Part shown: one piece after another, positions 13,101 to 23,580 of the stretch
How the letters are laid out: each line of letters opens with the position of its first letter
Position numbering within the stretch: position 1 is the first letter of the stretch
Assembly: GCF_030028105.1 (NCBI RefSeq)
Contig: NC_092371.1
Span: forward strand, 14,715,884-14,779,883
Origin: Mobula birostris
Taxonomy: Eukaryota
DNA length: 64,000 nucleotides
Direction of reading: 5' to 3'
Translations under genes and position numbers: made by a program
Notes under the pieces: generated by a model
The model's input: the letters and a program-made list of their open reading frames with translations, nothing else
Databases searched by the model: none
Told to the model about the DNA's origin: nothing

Positions 13101-13716
13101 ATCAACACCGGTTCCCACCGATCTGACAAGTCAGTTGAAACCCTGCCCAACAGTCTTAACACACCCGTCCGCTAGAATATTGGTCACCCTCGGGTTCAGG
13201 TGCAACCCATCACTTTTGAGCAGGTCATACCTCCCCCAGAATAGAACCCAATTATACAAGAACCTGAAGCCCTGCCTGCTGCATCAGCTTCTCAGCCACG
13301 TATATTCTGCCAAATAGTCTTGGTTTTACCCTCACTAGCCTGTGCCGCAGGCAGCAATCCAGAAATTACTATTCGGGGGGTCCTGCTTCTCAGCTTTCTA
13401 CCTAGCTCTCGAAAGTCTCTTTTCAGGACCTCATATCTTTTTCTTCCCATAACATTGGTAGCAATATGTACAAAGAAATCTGGCTGCTCTCTCTCTGAGA
13501 CATGCCTGACCCTCGCACCTGGGAGGTAACATACTGTCCGGGTGTCCCGTTCAAGTCTACAGATTCGCCTCTCTGTCCCCCTCTTTATTGAGTACTCTTT
13601 ATCACTACCGCTCTTTTCTTCAATGTTTCACTTTCCCTTCTACATCACGGACCATGCTCAGTCCCTGTAACCCGGTCGTTGTAGCATTCTCCCGGGTGGT
13701 CATCCTCCACAAATCC
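10118..13716 (-). mobile_element. Degenerate CR1-type LINE (ORF1 esterase fragment, ORF2 APE/RT, 3' tail)
   Basis: Peptides [41 protein letters not shown] and QHGFLQGKSCLTKLL. An ORF1 esterase-region remnant is at 13320-13600. Many stops and frameshifts. Confidence 0.9.
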
Positions 13717-14330
13717 TCCCATGTAAAGATACGCGGGAGATTCACTGCCAGGAGGAGCATTCCTCATGGCCTGCTGCGTTGACTACTGCGTTGCCACTGC
13801 AACCCCTCTGCAAAACGACTGACCTCAATGTCTGACGTTAAAGGAAATTCTGCCCAGGCCCGCTTTAGAGACTTTAGAGAGTAAAAACACTTGTCGGTTG
13901 GAAGTGACAAGTTTCAGCGAATACCTCTATTCTCTCACAAGCAAAGCAGCGACTTGCTTTCCGCAGGAATGACAAATTCTCAGATAGGAACTGATGCATT
14001 GTCGAGGTGATTCTGGGATGGCATGGAGACTTTGTAGGAATTTGATATGACCTTTAAAAGCTTTGTTCTGATTAGCCATTCTGAGCAGAGACGAGGGGCC
14101 GAGTGCCAGCACCAGCCACACTCATTGTTCCAGAGGGAAGCAGCCGAAACAATGTCTAAAATAAGTTTACCTGAGTATTGTCCAAAGTTTTGCAGGCCTG
14201 GATATGTGATACAAACTGAAGGTGAAACAATCTTGAAAATTGGGGTTAAGGTTTGAAAAATCAGCAAGGTTGCTATTCAAAGTTTCCGAAGGTCAGCAAG
14301 TCAATCTCCGCCCACATTCTTTCCCTGTCA

Positions 14331-14361
14331 CCGCCCACTCATTTACATCACAATTAATAAA
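14331..14361 (+). promoter_or_regulatory. IgL copy 1 promoter: GC box, octamer-like ATTTACAT and TATA-like TTAATAAA
   Basis: CCGCCC 14331-14336, ATTTACAT 14341-14348 (Ig octamer consensus ATTTGCAT) and TTAATAAA 14354-14361, about 120-150 nt upstream of the ATG. The arrangement is conserved in copy 2. Confidence 0.6.
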
Positions 14362-14480
14362 CTGACCCGGAGACCCCAGTTTGTAGGCTCTGAAATCTGA
14401 GCAGTTCCCGTAGATTGCACAAACAGCGCATGATTCGGTTAGAGTTTTTGGGCGCTCGCTGTCTGCACCTGTCCGGAGGA

Positions 14481-14529
14481 ATGTCCCCAGCGCTGCATCT
14501 CCTGTGGGTTCTGCTGGTTCATTTAGCAG
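14481..14529 (+). CDS. Ig light chain (type I / sigma-cart) copy 1, leader exon
   Basis: Encodes the hydrophobic signal MSPALHLLWVLLVHLA plus one base, followed by a phase-1 donor G|GTGAGAG at 14530. Confidence 0.9.
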
Positions 14530-14635
14530 GTGAGAGTCGGATGGTTACCGCTGGGATTATCCGATAAAATTGGGATAACTACTAATTTTTATTTTTCTCC
14601 AAGTCAACCAGTGGTTTTATTCTGTTGTATCGGAG

Positions 14636-14989
14636 ATCTCCACGCGGCCCCAGTGCTCAGTCAGACCCCAATGTCCGGACCTGTTTCCGCGGGACAAACT
14701 GTCCGCTTAGACTGTCGAATGCAGAACGGTAATGTTGGAAGTTACTCCATGAACTGGTACCGAGAGCATCCCGGCGAGAGACCGGAGTGGGTGTTAGAAC
14801 ATTACCCAAACAATAATATATACCGAGGGACCGGTATCAAAGACCGTTTTGAATCGTCCAGAGACTCCTCCAGCAACAGTCACATCCTGACCATCAGCAG
14901 TTTGGAGCCCCGGGATTCCGCCGTCTATTACTGTGCAGCGTGGTACAATGGTGGTATCTTCGGTCCAGGCACCAGCCTAGATATTAAGA
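14636..14989 (+). CDS. Ig light chain (type I / sigma-cart, NS5-like) copy 1, germline-joined VJ exon; J donor mutated, frame continues to TGA at 14995-14997
   Basis: APVLSQTPMSGPVSAGQTVRLDC...MNWYRE...DSAVYYCAAWYNGGIFGPGTSLDIK has canonical Cys/Trp/YYC/FGxG. CRMQNGNVGSY and SRDSSSNSHILTIS resemble shark and skate type I V. No RSS lies between V and J. Confidence 0.93.
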
Positions 14990-16678
14990 ATAAGTGACTT
15001 CCTCATCCTGCTAACAACAATTCCTACTACAGCCACTCTCATTCTCCACAGCTGGATACAATCCTGTCCAGGGGAGACTTGTCATATATCTACACTGTGG
15101 GAAGTTCCATCCGTGTCTGTCTGGCACAAGAGACCCTTCACCCCATCCAGTCATCCTTAGCAATCAAATTAATGACCGTTTTATTTGTGAACAATTGTTT
15201 TTGTTGGGCACTTTCCGACCTCCCTCCTCTTTAACTCAATAGGCCTCATGGGTTCCGTTATTGGCATTGGTTTATTTTTGCCACTTTTCACAAGATGTAA
15301 TGAAAAGTTTGTTTTGCATACTGTCCATAAAGATCACATGATGACAATGGATTGAGTTGAACACAGCTTAATGCAGAATGAAACGAAACAGCCACAGAGA
15401 AAGTGCAGTGCAGGTAGGTAAGTTGCTAGATCAGAAGGAGGTAGATTGTGAGATCAATCGTCCATTTATCGTACCAGAGAACCATTTAATAGTTTATTAC
15501 AGCGGCCTCTCTATGATGTCGAATTAAACCAATCCCTACTGTCGACACAGATTCCATATCCCTCCATTGTCTGCACACTCATGTGTCCGTCCAACAGCTT
15601 CGTAAACTACCCTACCGTATCTGCCGCCGTCACCTCATGCACCCTCCACTATGTACAAAAAGTAAACATTCACCGAACTCCTCCTGTAAATTTTCCAACT
15701 CTAGGCTTAGAGCTCTGCCCCGGGGAAGACATCTTGACTATCGATTCTATCGCTACCTCCCATATTGTCTTGAGTAATGTTTACACATAATTGGGGAAAT
15801 GATTGTTACCACAACCATAACATTTACCCTTACCGCTTCATCCACCACCTCTGAGAGCATGTTTCTCGCGAATATTCCTTAATATTTCTGGGAGCGGTAA
15901 ATCCGGGACATAGGGCAGGATGTTCACCGCTTGACGTTAATGCAATTCACAGTTTGTGATTAAGAACCGTGCCATTATGATTGTAGAAAACCCAGGAGAA
16001 GTACACCAGCCTTTAAAAACAATACAAACTAGGAGAAGGTGCTCGGTAAAAAACAGGCTGGTCACAGAGTCGAGCGGCAATAGACGGGTTACTTGGGGTT
16101 CGGAATGCAATCTGAGTCTGAACGAGTAGTTTCGCCTCATCCCGCTTCTCACAGGATCACAGGCCTGTTCTTTTTCTCCATCATTTCCTCTTCAGTCACT
16201 GGGTACTGAGTCTTGGACATCCACTGAGCTTTCCCGAACTCGGGACACCCCAAGGAGCCTTCATTCTATCATCAACTGAATGTGTAATATCTCAGTTATT
16301 GTCCTAAGATGTCAGGATTTCGGGAGCAACTGGAGAAGAACAACGAAATGATCTCACAAATGGGACTAATCATATAGGCACAGTGTGGGGAATTAGCGAA
16401 GTGGTCGAGTAGATTTGAAGTTATCATTTAACACAATGCAGTGCCGAGAATTGAATGGATTCAAAAACATTCTTTGAAATAAATGAAGTCAAGTCGTAGC
16501 CGCGCAAGGCTGCGAATAATCCGGGCAACTCTTCATTCAAAGGTTTGTACCCGAGTGGTCAAATGTGCCGTATACTGTATCCCAATGCCTGTGTTAATTT
16601 TGGCGCTGGTGTTTCGATCTCTGAACAGTCCATGAAATAATATTGTTCCTATTTCTCTCCGTCTCCTCTCTCACACAG

Positions 16679-17007
16679 GTAACGAGTCCCGGGAGCACTC
16701 AGTTCTTCTGCTCCCTCCCTCTCCGGAGGAGACCGGCAGGGGTTCGGCCACTCTCTCATGTCTGGTGAGTGGTTTTAAGCCGGGCTTGGTAGCGCTGCGC
16801 TGGACTGTGGATGGAGTCCAGACGGAGAGCGGGGTGACAACAGGCGCTGTCTCCCTGGATACCGACCAGACCTACAGGCTGAGCAGTTACCTACGGGTAA
16901 CCACCGCTGCCTGGAACAAGGGCTCGAGCTATTCCTGCAGCGTGAGCCACAGCTCACTGAGCTCGCCGCTGAGCAACACCATCTCTTCGTCCGCCTGTGC
17001 GCAGTGA
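16679..17007 (+). CDS. Ig light chain constant (C1-set) exon, copy 1
   Basis: A polypyrimidine tract and CACACAG| precede the phase-1 start. Encodes NESREHSVLLLPPSPEE...ATLSCLVSGFKPG...WTVDG...YSCSVSH...SSACAQ*, with the penultimate-region Cys typical of light chains. Confidence 0.95.
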
Positions 17008-17296
17008 GACTGTGCCGGCTGACAGCACACGTGGATTACTTGCTCTTGTTTAGTGCAGTGAAGAAATCATTGGATCTGTAAAGCAGCCCAATGCAATGTA
17101 ATTGTGTAGCAATGTTCGCCTTTGCAAACAATCACGATGTTTAATGATTTCAGAAAAGTTGGCTTTAATAATCCATCTTTTGCGAAAGATAATTTTGTGT
17201 AGAATTGTCCCCACTGTGATGTGTCTGAACTACTGCTGTGTGTAGACTCAGGAGCGATCTCCCATATGTGTTTGGAATTTGTGTGACAATACTCTA

Positions 17297-17302
17297 AATA
17301 AA
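17297..17302 (+). terminator. Polyadenylation signal, IgL copy 1
   Basis: AATAAA about 290 nt after the stop, conserved in copy 2 (45490-45495). Confidence 0.7.
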
Positions 17303-18917
17303 AGAGGAAACAGCGGTAGATTTATCGTGTCTTGTCTTTACTTGGCAATGGCAGTATGTTGGGGATAATGGTCGTGGACAACGTGCCGTCTATGAGCCTC
17401 AATCAGAATTAAAATTCTATCGACTCCAAAATCTTATTCCGCTTTCTACTCTCTGTTTCCTGAGCTTTCTTTGTCCGTCAGCACTCATCCCGCATTCACT
17501 GGACCCTTCCATTCCTCGTCATCCTGCACTCTGCTCTTCATTTACAACCATCCCTGTGGGGGGAGATCAACATTCTCACTTCCTTATGGCCAACGTCTTA
17601 CCATCATTGGGGATGTTATACTGTAGGGATGTTACCCCGTGTCTTGACTGTTCTCTCCATCGATTCCGTTAGTTCCTGAATGAAGACCATCGGCTTCACT
17701 TCCCACCCTGATATCAACGCCACCACCCGCCACACCCACTCCCACACATTAGCTTCTATAACTCATAGTTATAATCAAAGTTAAAGGTAAATTTGTTATT
17801 AAAGTATGTATACGTCTTCATATGCGTCCATGAGTTTCATGTTCTTACAGGTATTCACAGAAGAATAAAGAAGTAGAATAGGTGCAACGAAAATCTACAC
17901 ACAAAGAATGAGAAACACAAAGACGAATAACCACGAATAAATAAATGGATAGATAGAAAAATAGACAGATAAATAAATAAAAAAACATGCAAGAATAGGT
18001 AAATCAATTACATTCAAACAATCATAAATAAATAAACAAACAAACAACCAGATAAAGGAATAACGGATAAATACATAAATAAAACTGAGGACATGAGTTT
18101 TAAAGTGAGTCTATAGATCGTGGAATCAGTTCAGAGATGCAGTGATTAAAGTCATCCGCTTTGTTTCAGGGGCCTGATGATTGAACTCTTTCTGAAACTT
18201 GTAGTGCGGGATCAAAGACTGTAATTGTCAGATGGGAGAGAGTTGCTGAAGCGCGAAACAAGTGTGAGATGACTGCAGAGACCCCTTTTAATTATGTTAA
18301 ATTTAAATCTTGTCTTATCAATAGCGTGGTCTTTATAGAGGGTGTGACTGATAAGACGACTGCAAGTGTTAGCCACGCACACCCAGCGATTTCAGTAACA
18401 TTTCACAAAATCATTTACGGTTGTCTGACCTGTTCATTTTTTTCAAGAATTTGGTGTAGAAATCTAACTTCGTCATTAATTAGGTTTTAATGTTGGTTGG
18501 ATGGCGTCAACCTGTTCCTGGACCGTGCTAATAAAACTATTTATGGATCTATACAGGGAAACGTGGGCGACGTTCGAGAAAATGAATCCTGTCCATAGGA
18601 TAGAAGTCAAATGAACGATCGGAAAGATGACGACCACACTTGGTTCACTGGAGCAATTAACATTTTTAACATTTTAAAACATCTTTGTAAATACTGGGAC
18701 GGTCAAGCGCATTATAAAACACTGAAAACAGAACAATCAATGAACATAAAATAGAATACATTAAATATTTTAAAACATTAGGTTTATTCGGCATACATAG
18801 AAACAAACAATGCAGTTTGCGTCAAATCAAATCCATTAGGATTGTACTGGGGACAGAACGGAAGTGTCACCACGTTTTTGGCGACAACATGTATCTATTT
18901 GATATTTATTCTTTTAC

Positions 18918-20155
18918 TATCATAGAGGGGGGCGCTGGTGAGCAGACCCAACTGCAAGTCACAAACACTTAAGTACTAGGAACAGGATTAGGTGTGTCGA
19001 GAAAGCAAGGAAAGTGGGCAAGAAAAGACGCTGGACAAGCCACAGGCCCAGGCCGAGACAAGGATACAGGGCATGGGCTAGGACTGGACTAGGAAAGAAG
19101 GACCTGGACAAGAAACAAGCAACTTGGAACCTGGACAAGGACTCCGAGCCAGAGACTGGACAGGAACCCGGAACCTGGGTCTTGACGCGGGCTCGGACTT
19201 CCGATCCAGGCGAGGACAAGACGTGGCAAAGCAACAGGACTGGACGTGGGGGCAGGACGCAGGACTCCTGGGCAGGACGCGGGACCAGAACTGGATGAGG
19301 ACACGAAGCTAAGACTTGGACTTGGGAGAATTGAACACTGAACACAGAACCGTGGTCTTCAGAGACAGGTACGCAGAGCACAGAGCCTCGGTAATCTTGG
19401 GAGACAGAAGCGCAGAACATAGAGCCTTGGTCTTGAGGGACAGGAAGGCAGAACACAAAGCCTTGGTCTTGAGAGACAGGAACATGGAACACAGAGCCGG
19501 GACCCCTCCTTGGAAACAGGACTTAGGGCCGGGACTCATAGACAGAAACCAGAGCCAGGACTCCTCTTTGGGAACAGGACGTAGGGCTGGGACTCGTACG
19601 CAGAATGCTGAACACGATGAGACGGTTCCCAGCACTAGGTTGCTGCAAACGGCCGGACCTACATAGCGAAGGCATGGACAGAGAGACTGTTCCCAACACA
19701 AATTTGTGTTAAACGGCCAGACCTACCTAGCGAAGGCGTGGACACGGAGACAGTTGCAAACAACGAAAGACAGTTCCTCATCTAGACACAACAGGGCTCC
19801 GGTCTTGCTCCGGCGGTAGAACTTGACGGCGAGAACGCAGGTGAAGCTTCAGACGAGGCTTCAGACGAAAGAAAGAAGGGAGGCTTCAGGCAAAAGGTAG
19901 CAGGCGAGATTTCAGTCAAAAGGTAGTAGGCGAGGCTACAACCAAGGGCTACAGAAGGAAGGGAAAGGAAGGGAAGCGAACAGTCTAGCCAATGAAGTTG
20001 AACTCAGGAGCTATTTATGTAGCCAGACCAAAATGAGAATCACGTGCCTCAATTAAGGCACACAACAGGACAAGAGAAAACCGGAAAACCTGGAATAAGG
20101 ATCGATGGACCGGTCCGTGATCCAGAATGCGGACTTCACGGACTGGACTATAATA
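18918..20155. mobile_element. Solo LTR (family A), opposite orientation to 5393-6520
   Basis: Reverse-complement homology to 5393-6520 end to end, decayed TATCA...TAATA termini and TSD TTTAC/TTCAC. The empty site is visible in copy 2 at ~43875-43890. Confidence 0.85.
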
Positions 20156-20404
20156 TTCACCTCTTTATCTGTCTTTATGTCTGTCTATCTATGCATCTAT
20201 CTGTCTACTAACTTATTCATTTATTTATTCATTCAGCGATACAGTGCGTAACAGAACTTTCTGGCCGAACTGACGCGCCGCCTAGCATCTCACTGTTTTG
20301 ACCCAATTGCAATCAGAGGACAATTTGCAATAACCAACTAACCTACTAACAGGTAATTCTTTTGACTGTAGAAGGAAACCAGAGAACCTAGACGATGCAG
20401 CACC

Positions 20405-20917
20405 TGTCAGTATCTCCAGTTGAACTTTGTCTTTTTGTGTGTTTTCCCCCGAACCCTCAGTCTGTGATTTTGTATTAACATGTGCTCTTGTTTGTTTTCA
20501 TGCCCCAAATGCCCCTGTCCCCGCTCCTGCTCTACTCCGGCCCCTGTATTACTGAGTACTCCGCCTCTCATCTGTTTCTCATTATTACCTGTTTTGCTGC
20601 CACTTCTGTCTCATTGTGTTTCACCTATCATCTGCCTCTCTGTTTATTGCTCAGTGTATTTTAGTCCTGTGTTTTCACCTGTTTGTTGTCAGGTTATGCC
20701 AGTGAATTTTCCTGAGTCTTTCCAGCATTGAATACCCATCTGAAATATCGACTCTGCCTGTTTCTCGATTCCACATTTTGCATTTCTCTGGATGATTAGA
20801 CCTCTGCCTGAACGTTAACGCCGACTTTGTTTGAACCTCGGGATTTGTTACTCAATTAATATCACTATATGAATGGCAATGGGTCTGCGAATGGATCCCT
20901 ATTCCAGCGTCCTGAGA
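20405..20917. mobile_element. Solo LTR (family B, ~513 bp)
   Basis: TGTCA...TGAGA termini and TSD GCACC/GCACG. Absent at the paralogous site (~43595-43615). Confidence 0.65.
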
Positions 20918-22214
20918 GCACGTTAAACTCGATAACTGCTATGTGGGTACTGTAGATAATTGGAAAATTTCATGAACATGTTTATAGCCTTTATTGAAAA
21001 GCGCCTGAAATGCACATGCAGAGAGTATTTGTTGCACATTTGCAATAAACATTTAAACATTATGGTTTACTGAATTACAAATAATACTGGGTATAAAACC
21101 TTAAGACTGCCCACTGGAAAGGTGAGCACTAATAATGTGGTGGCGATAATAGACAGCCATACACCGGGATGCAGTCTGTAACAACGAAACAATGTTGAGG
21201 TGCGCTTTCCTGCAACGCCTATTATCCCCTATTTGAATCCCCAGCATAAGACAGGAAGTACCAGAGCATTAGGACAAGGACTTTTCGGATGGGTAACAAC
21301 TTCTTTCCCCAGGACGTGAGACTGCTGAACTCCCTTCGACCACCCAGATCTCATCATGTCTGCAGTCTCAATAGCATCACAAAGCTTGGTTTCTGATTGG
21401 TGTCGTAAATGCACCTTATGCTGAATGTTAATTTTCTGGAATTTCTGTCATTATGTGTTAATTTATTTGTGTTATCATTATTTTCTGTGTTGTTTGTGAA
21501 TCATGTGCACCTTGTTGTGCACCTTAGTCCGGAGGAACTAAAGTTCGTTTGATTAAATGGCTATGAATCTGAACTGGAACTTCAAGACGGATGTGAAGGA
21601 CAATATATTTAGGCCAATGAGGGTTATAAAGTGGAGTAATCCGTCTTCAAGATGGCCTCAGATGGTGCCAATAAATGGCGTCTTTTAGCGAGCATCTCCG
21701 ATGGGAATAATAAAAAAATCCCATTTAGGACTGCTACAGCCAAAATCCATAGCCATTGATCCGTCACCAGATAACATCGGCGAACTCTATTGCCGCTGCT
21801 TCATCCTCCGAGTGTTACCAGCATTCTCTACTTCTCTTGATGCTTTGTTTTGCTTGGAAAATGTACTTGCATAATAATATAGATGTGGACACCCGGTGGG
21901 TGGAGCTTAACATAAGACCACAAGACATAGGAGCAGGAGCATGCCCTTCGGCCCATCGGGTCTACTCCGCCAATTATCATGGCTGGTCCAGGATCCCACG
22001 CAACCCCCTATACCTGACTATACGAATCATTGACTAGGATCTTGCTAAAGTCTTGGTGAACACCATGAAGTTCATTCACAAATTCCGAGTTTACCAAAAG
22101 GGCTATATTCTAGATTGGTGCCCTCCTTCACTTGGATACATCCGTTCAGCCACTCATTGACTGTTTATCTCTTTCTTGCCTGAAGGGTGATCACACTTTG
22201 TCGTCTTCTACTAA

Positions 22215-23580
22215 TTCAGGCATACTTCGTGATTGGGGAATTCGCCGACCTCATCAACTTTACGTCCTACTTCCACCCTGCCCTCAAATTTACCTTGTCG
22301 ATTTCCGACCTCTCCTCTCCTTTCTTGATCTCTCTGTCTCAATCTTTGGAGACAGCTTATCTACTGATATTATAAACCCACTGACTCTCAGAGCTATCTA
22401 GACTCTTCCCACTCCATTACTTGTAAAAGTGCCATTCCCTTCTCTCGAATCCTCCGTCTCCGCCGCATCTTCTCAGGATGAGAACGACGGAGATGTCCTC
22501 TTTCTTCAAAGAAAGTTGCTTCCCTCCCTCCACCATCAACACTGCCCTCAACCGCATCACTTAATTCTTCACCCCATTTTCGCGCCACCCTACCAGGGAT
22601 ACGGTTTATCTTATCCTCAACTATCACCCAACCGGCTTCCGCGCCCAATACGCTTCTCCGTAACTTCCACCATCTCCTACGGGATTCCAACACCAAGCAC
22701 ATTTCCCTCTTCCCCTCTCCCTTTTCTGCTTTCCACATTGATCGTTCCCTTTGTGGCTTCCTTGACCATTCGTCCCTCCCCAATGATCTCCCTCATGGCA
22801 CATATCCTTGTAAGCAGAACAAGATGTGCCTGCCCCTACTCCTCCTCCCGCACTACTATTCAGGGCCACATACAGTCCTTCCAGGTGAGGCGATATTTCA
22901 CCTGTAGGTCTGTTGGGCCCATATCCGGTATCCGGAGCTCCCAGCGCAGCCTCCTGTATATCGCTGTAACCCGAAGTAGATTGGGAGACAGCTTCCCCCA
23001 GCACCTCCGCTAGAAAAAGCTGGGTACCCCAGTGACTCAATTCCACTTCCGAATACAATCCCGACATGTCAGTCCATGGCCTCCTGCACTGCTGTGATGA
23101 GGCCACACCCAGGCTGGAGGTGCAAAGCCTTTACCTTCCGCCCGAGGAGCATTCATACTGGTGGCATGAACATCCATTTCATGAACTGCCAGATGCCCCC
23201 CTCTCTCTCCTTCACCATTCCCCATCCCTATTTCCCTCACCTTATCTCCTTACCTTTCTATCACCTCCCTCTGGTGCTCCTCCCCCTGTTCGTTCCTTCA
23301 TGGCCTTCTGTCATCTCTTATCAGATTACGCCTTCTCCAGTCCTGTATAACTTTCAGCAATCAACTTCCCAGCTCTGTACGAAACAATCATCGCTCTCCA
23401 CCCCGGCTTCACCCATCACGCTGTGTTTCTACCCCTGCTCCCCCCACCTTCTGACTCTGAAAACTCAACATGTTCTCTAGTCCTGATAAAGGGTCTCAGC
23501 CCGAAACGTCAACTGTACACTTTTCCACAGATGCTGCTAGCCTGCTGAGCTCCTTCAGCATTTTGTGTGCATTGCTGCTT
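22215..23580 (+). mobile_element. Penelope-like retroelement remnant (paralog of 2625-4035)
   Basis: Peptides FHPALKFTLSISDLSSPFL and FQVRRYFTCRSVGPISGIRSSQRSLLYIAVTRSRLGDSFPQHLR (GIY-YIG-like). The terminal repeat has a decayed hammerhead core at 23478-23515. Confidence 0.8.

Larger units (their letters stand above)
3600..22015 (+). repeat. Segmental duplication arm 1, containing IgL copy 1 (inverted paralog of ~42140-59245)
   Basis: Collinear reverse-complement matches throughout, e.g. 4527-4665/58195-58335, 6541-7990/56160-57440, 8630-8810/55375-55552, 13720-18900/43880-50295 and 20925-21990/42150-43590, apart from copy-specific insertions. Confidence 0.9.

Noticed and set aside
15093-15099. 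CACTGTG heptamer in the J-C intron (also 48962-48968) as an RSS for a second J
   Set aside because: There is no nonamer at 12 or 23 nt spacing, and the following sequence does not encode FGxG.
14636-17007. Assignment as a lambda (type II) or kappa (type III) light chain
   Set aside because: The V motifs (CxMQNGNVGSY, RGTG, SRDSSSNSHILTI) and the C motifs (SVLLLPPS, SGVTTG, WNKGSSY, SSAC) fit type I/sigma-cart as I recall them. A BLAST search would confirm.
14481-17007. Processed retrocopy as the explanation for the joined VJ
   Set aside because: The leader intron, J-C intron and promoter are all present.
18959-19701. Overlapping 60-177 aa ORFs here and at 5856-6540 as genes
   Set aside because: They lie inside solo LTRs with internally repetitive, stop-poor sequence and have no recognisable domain.
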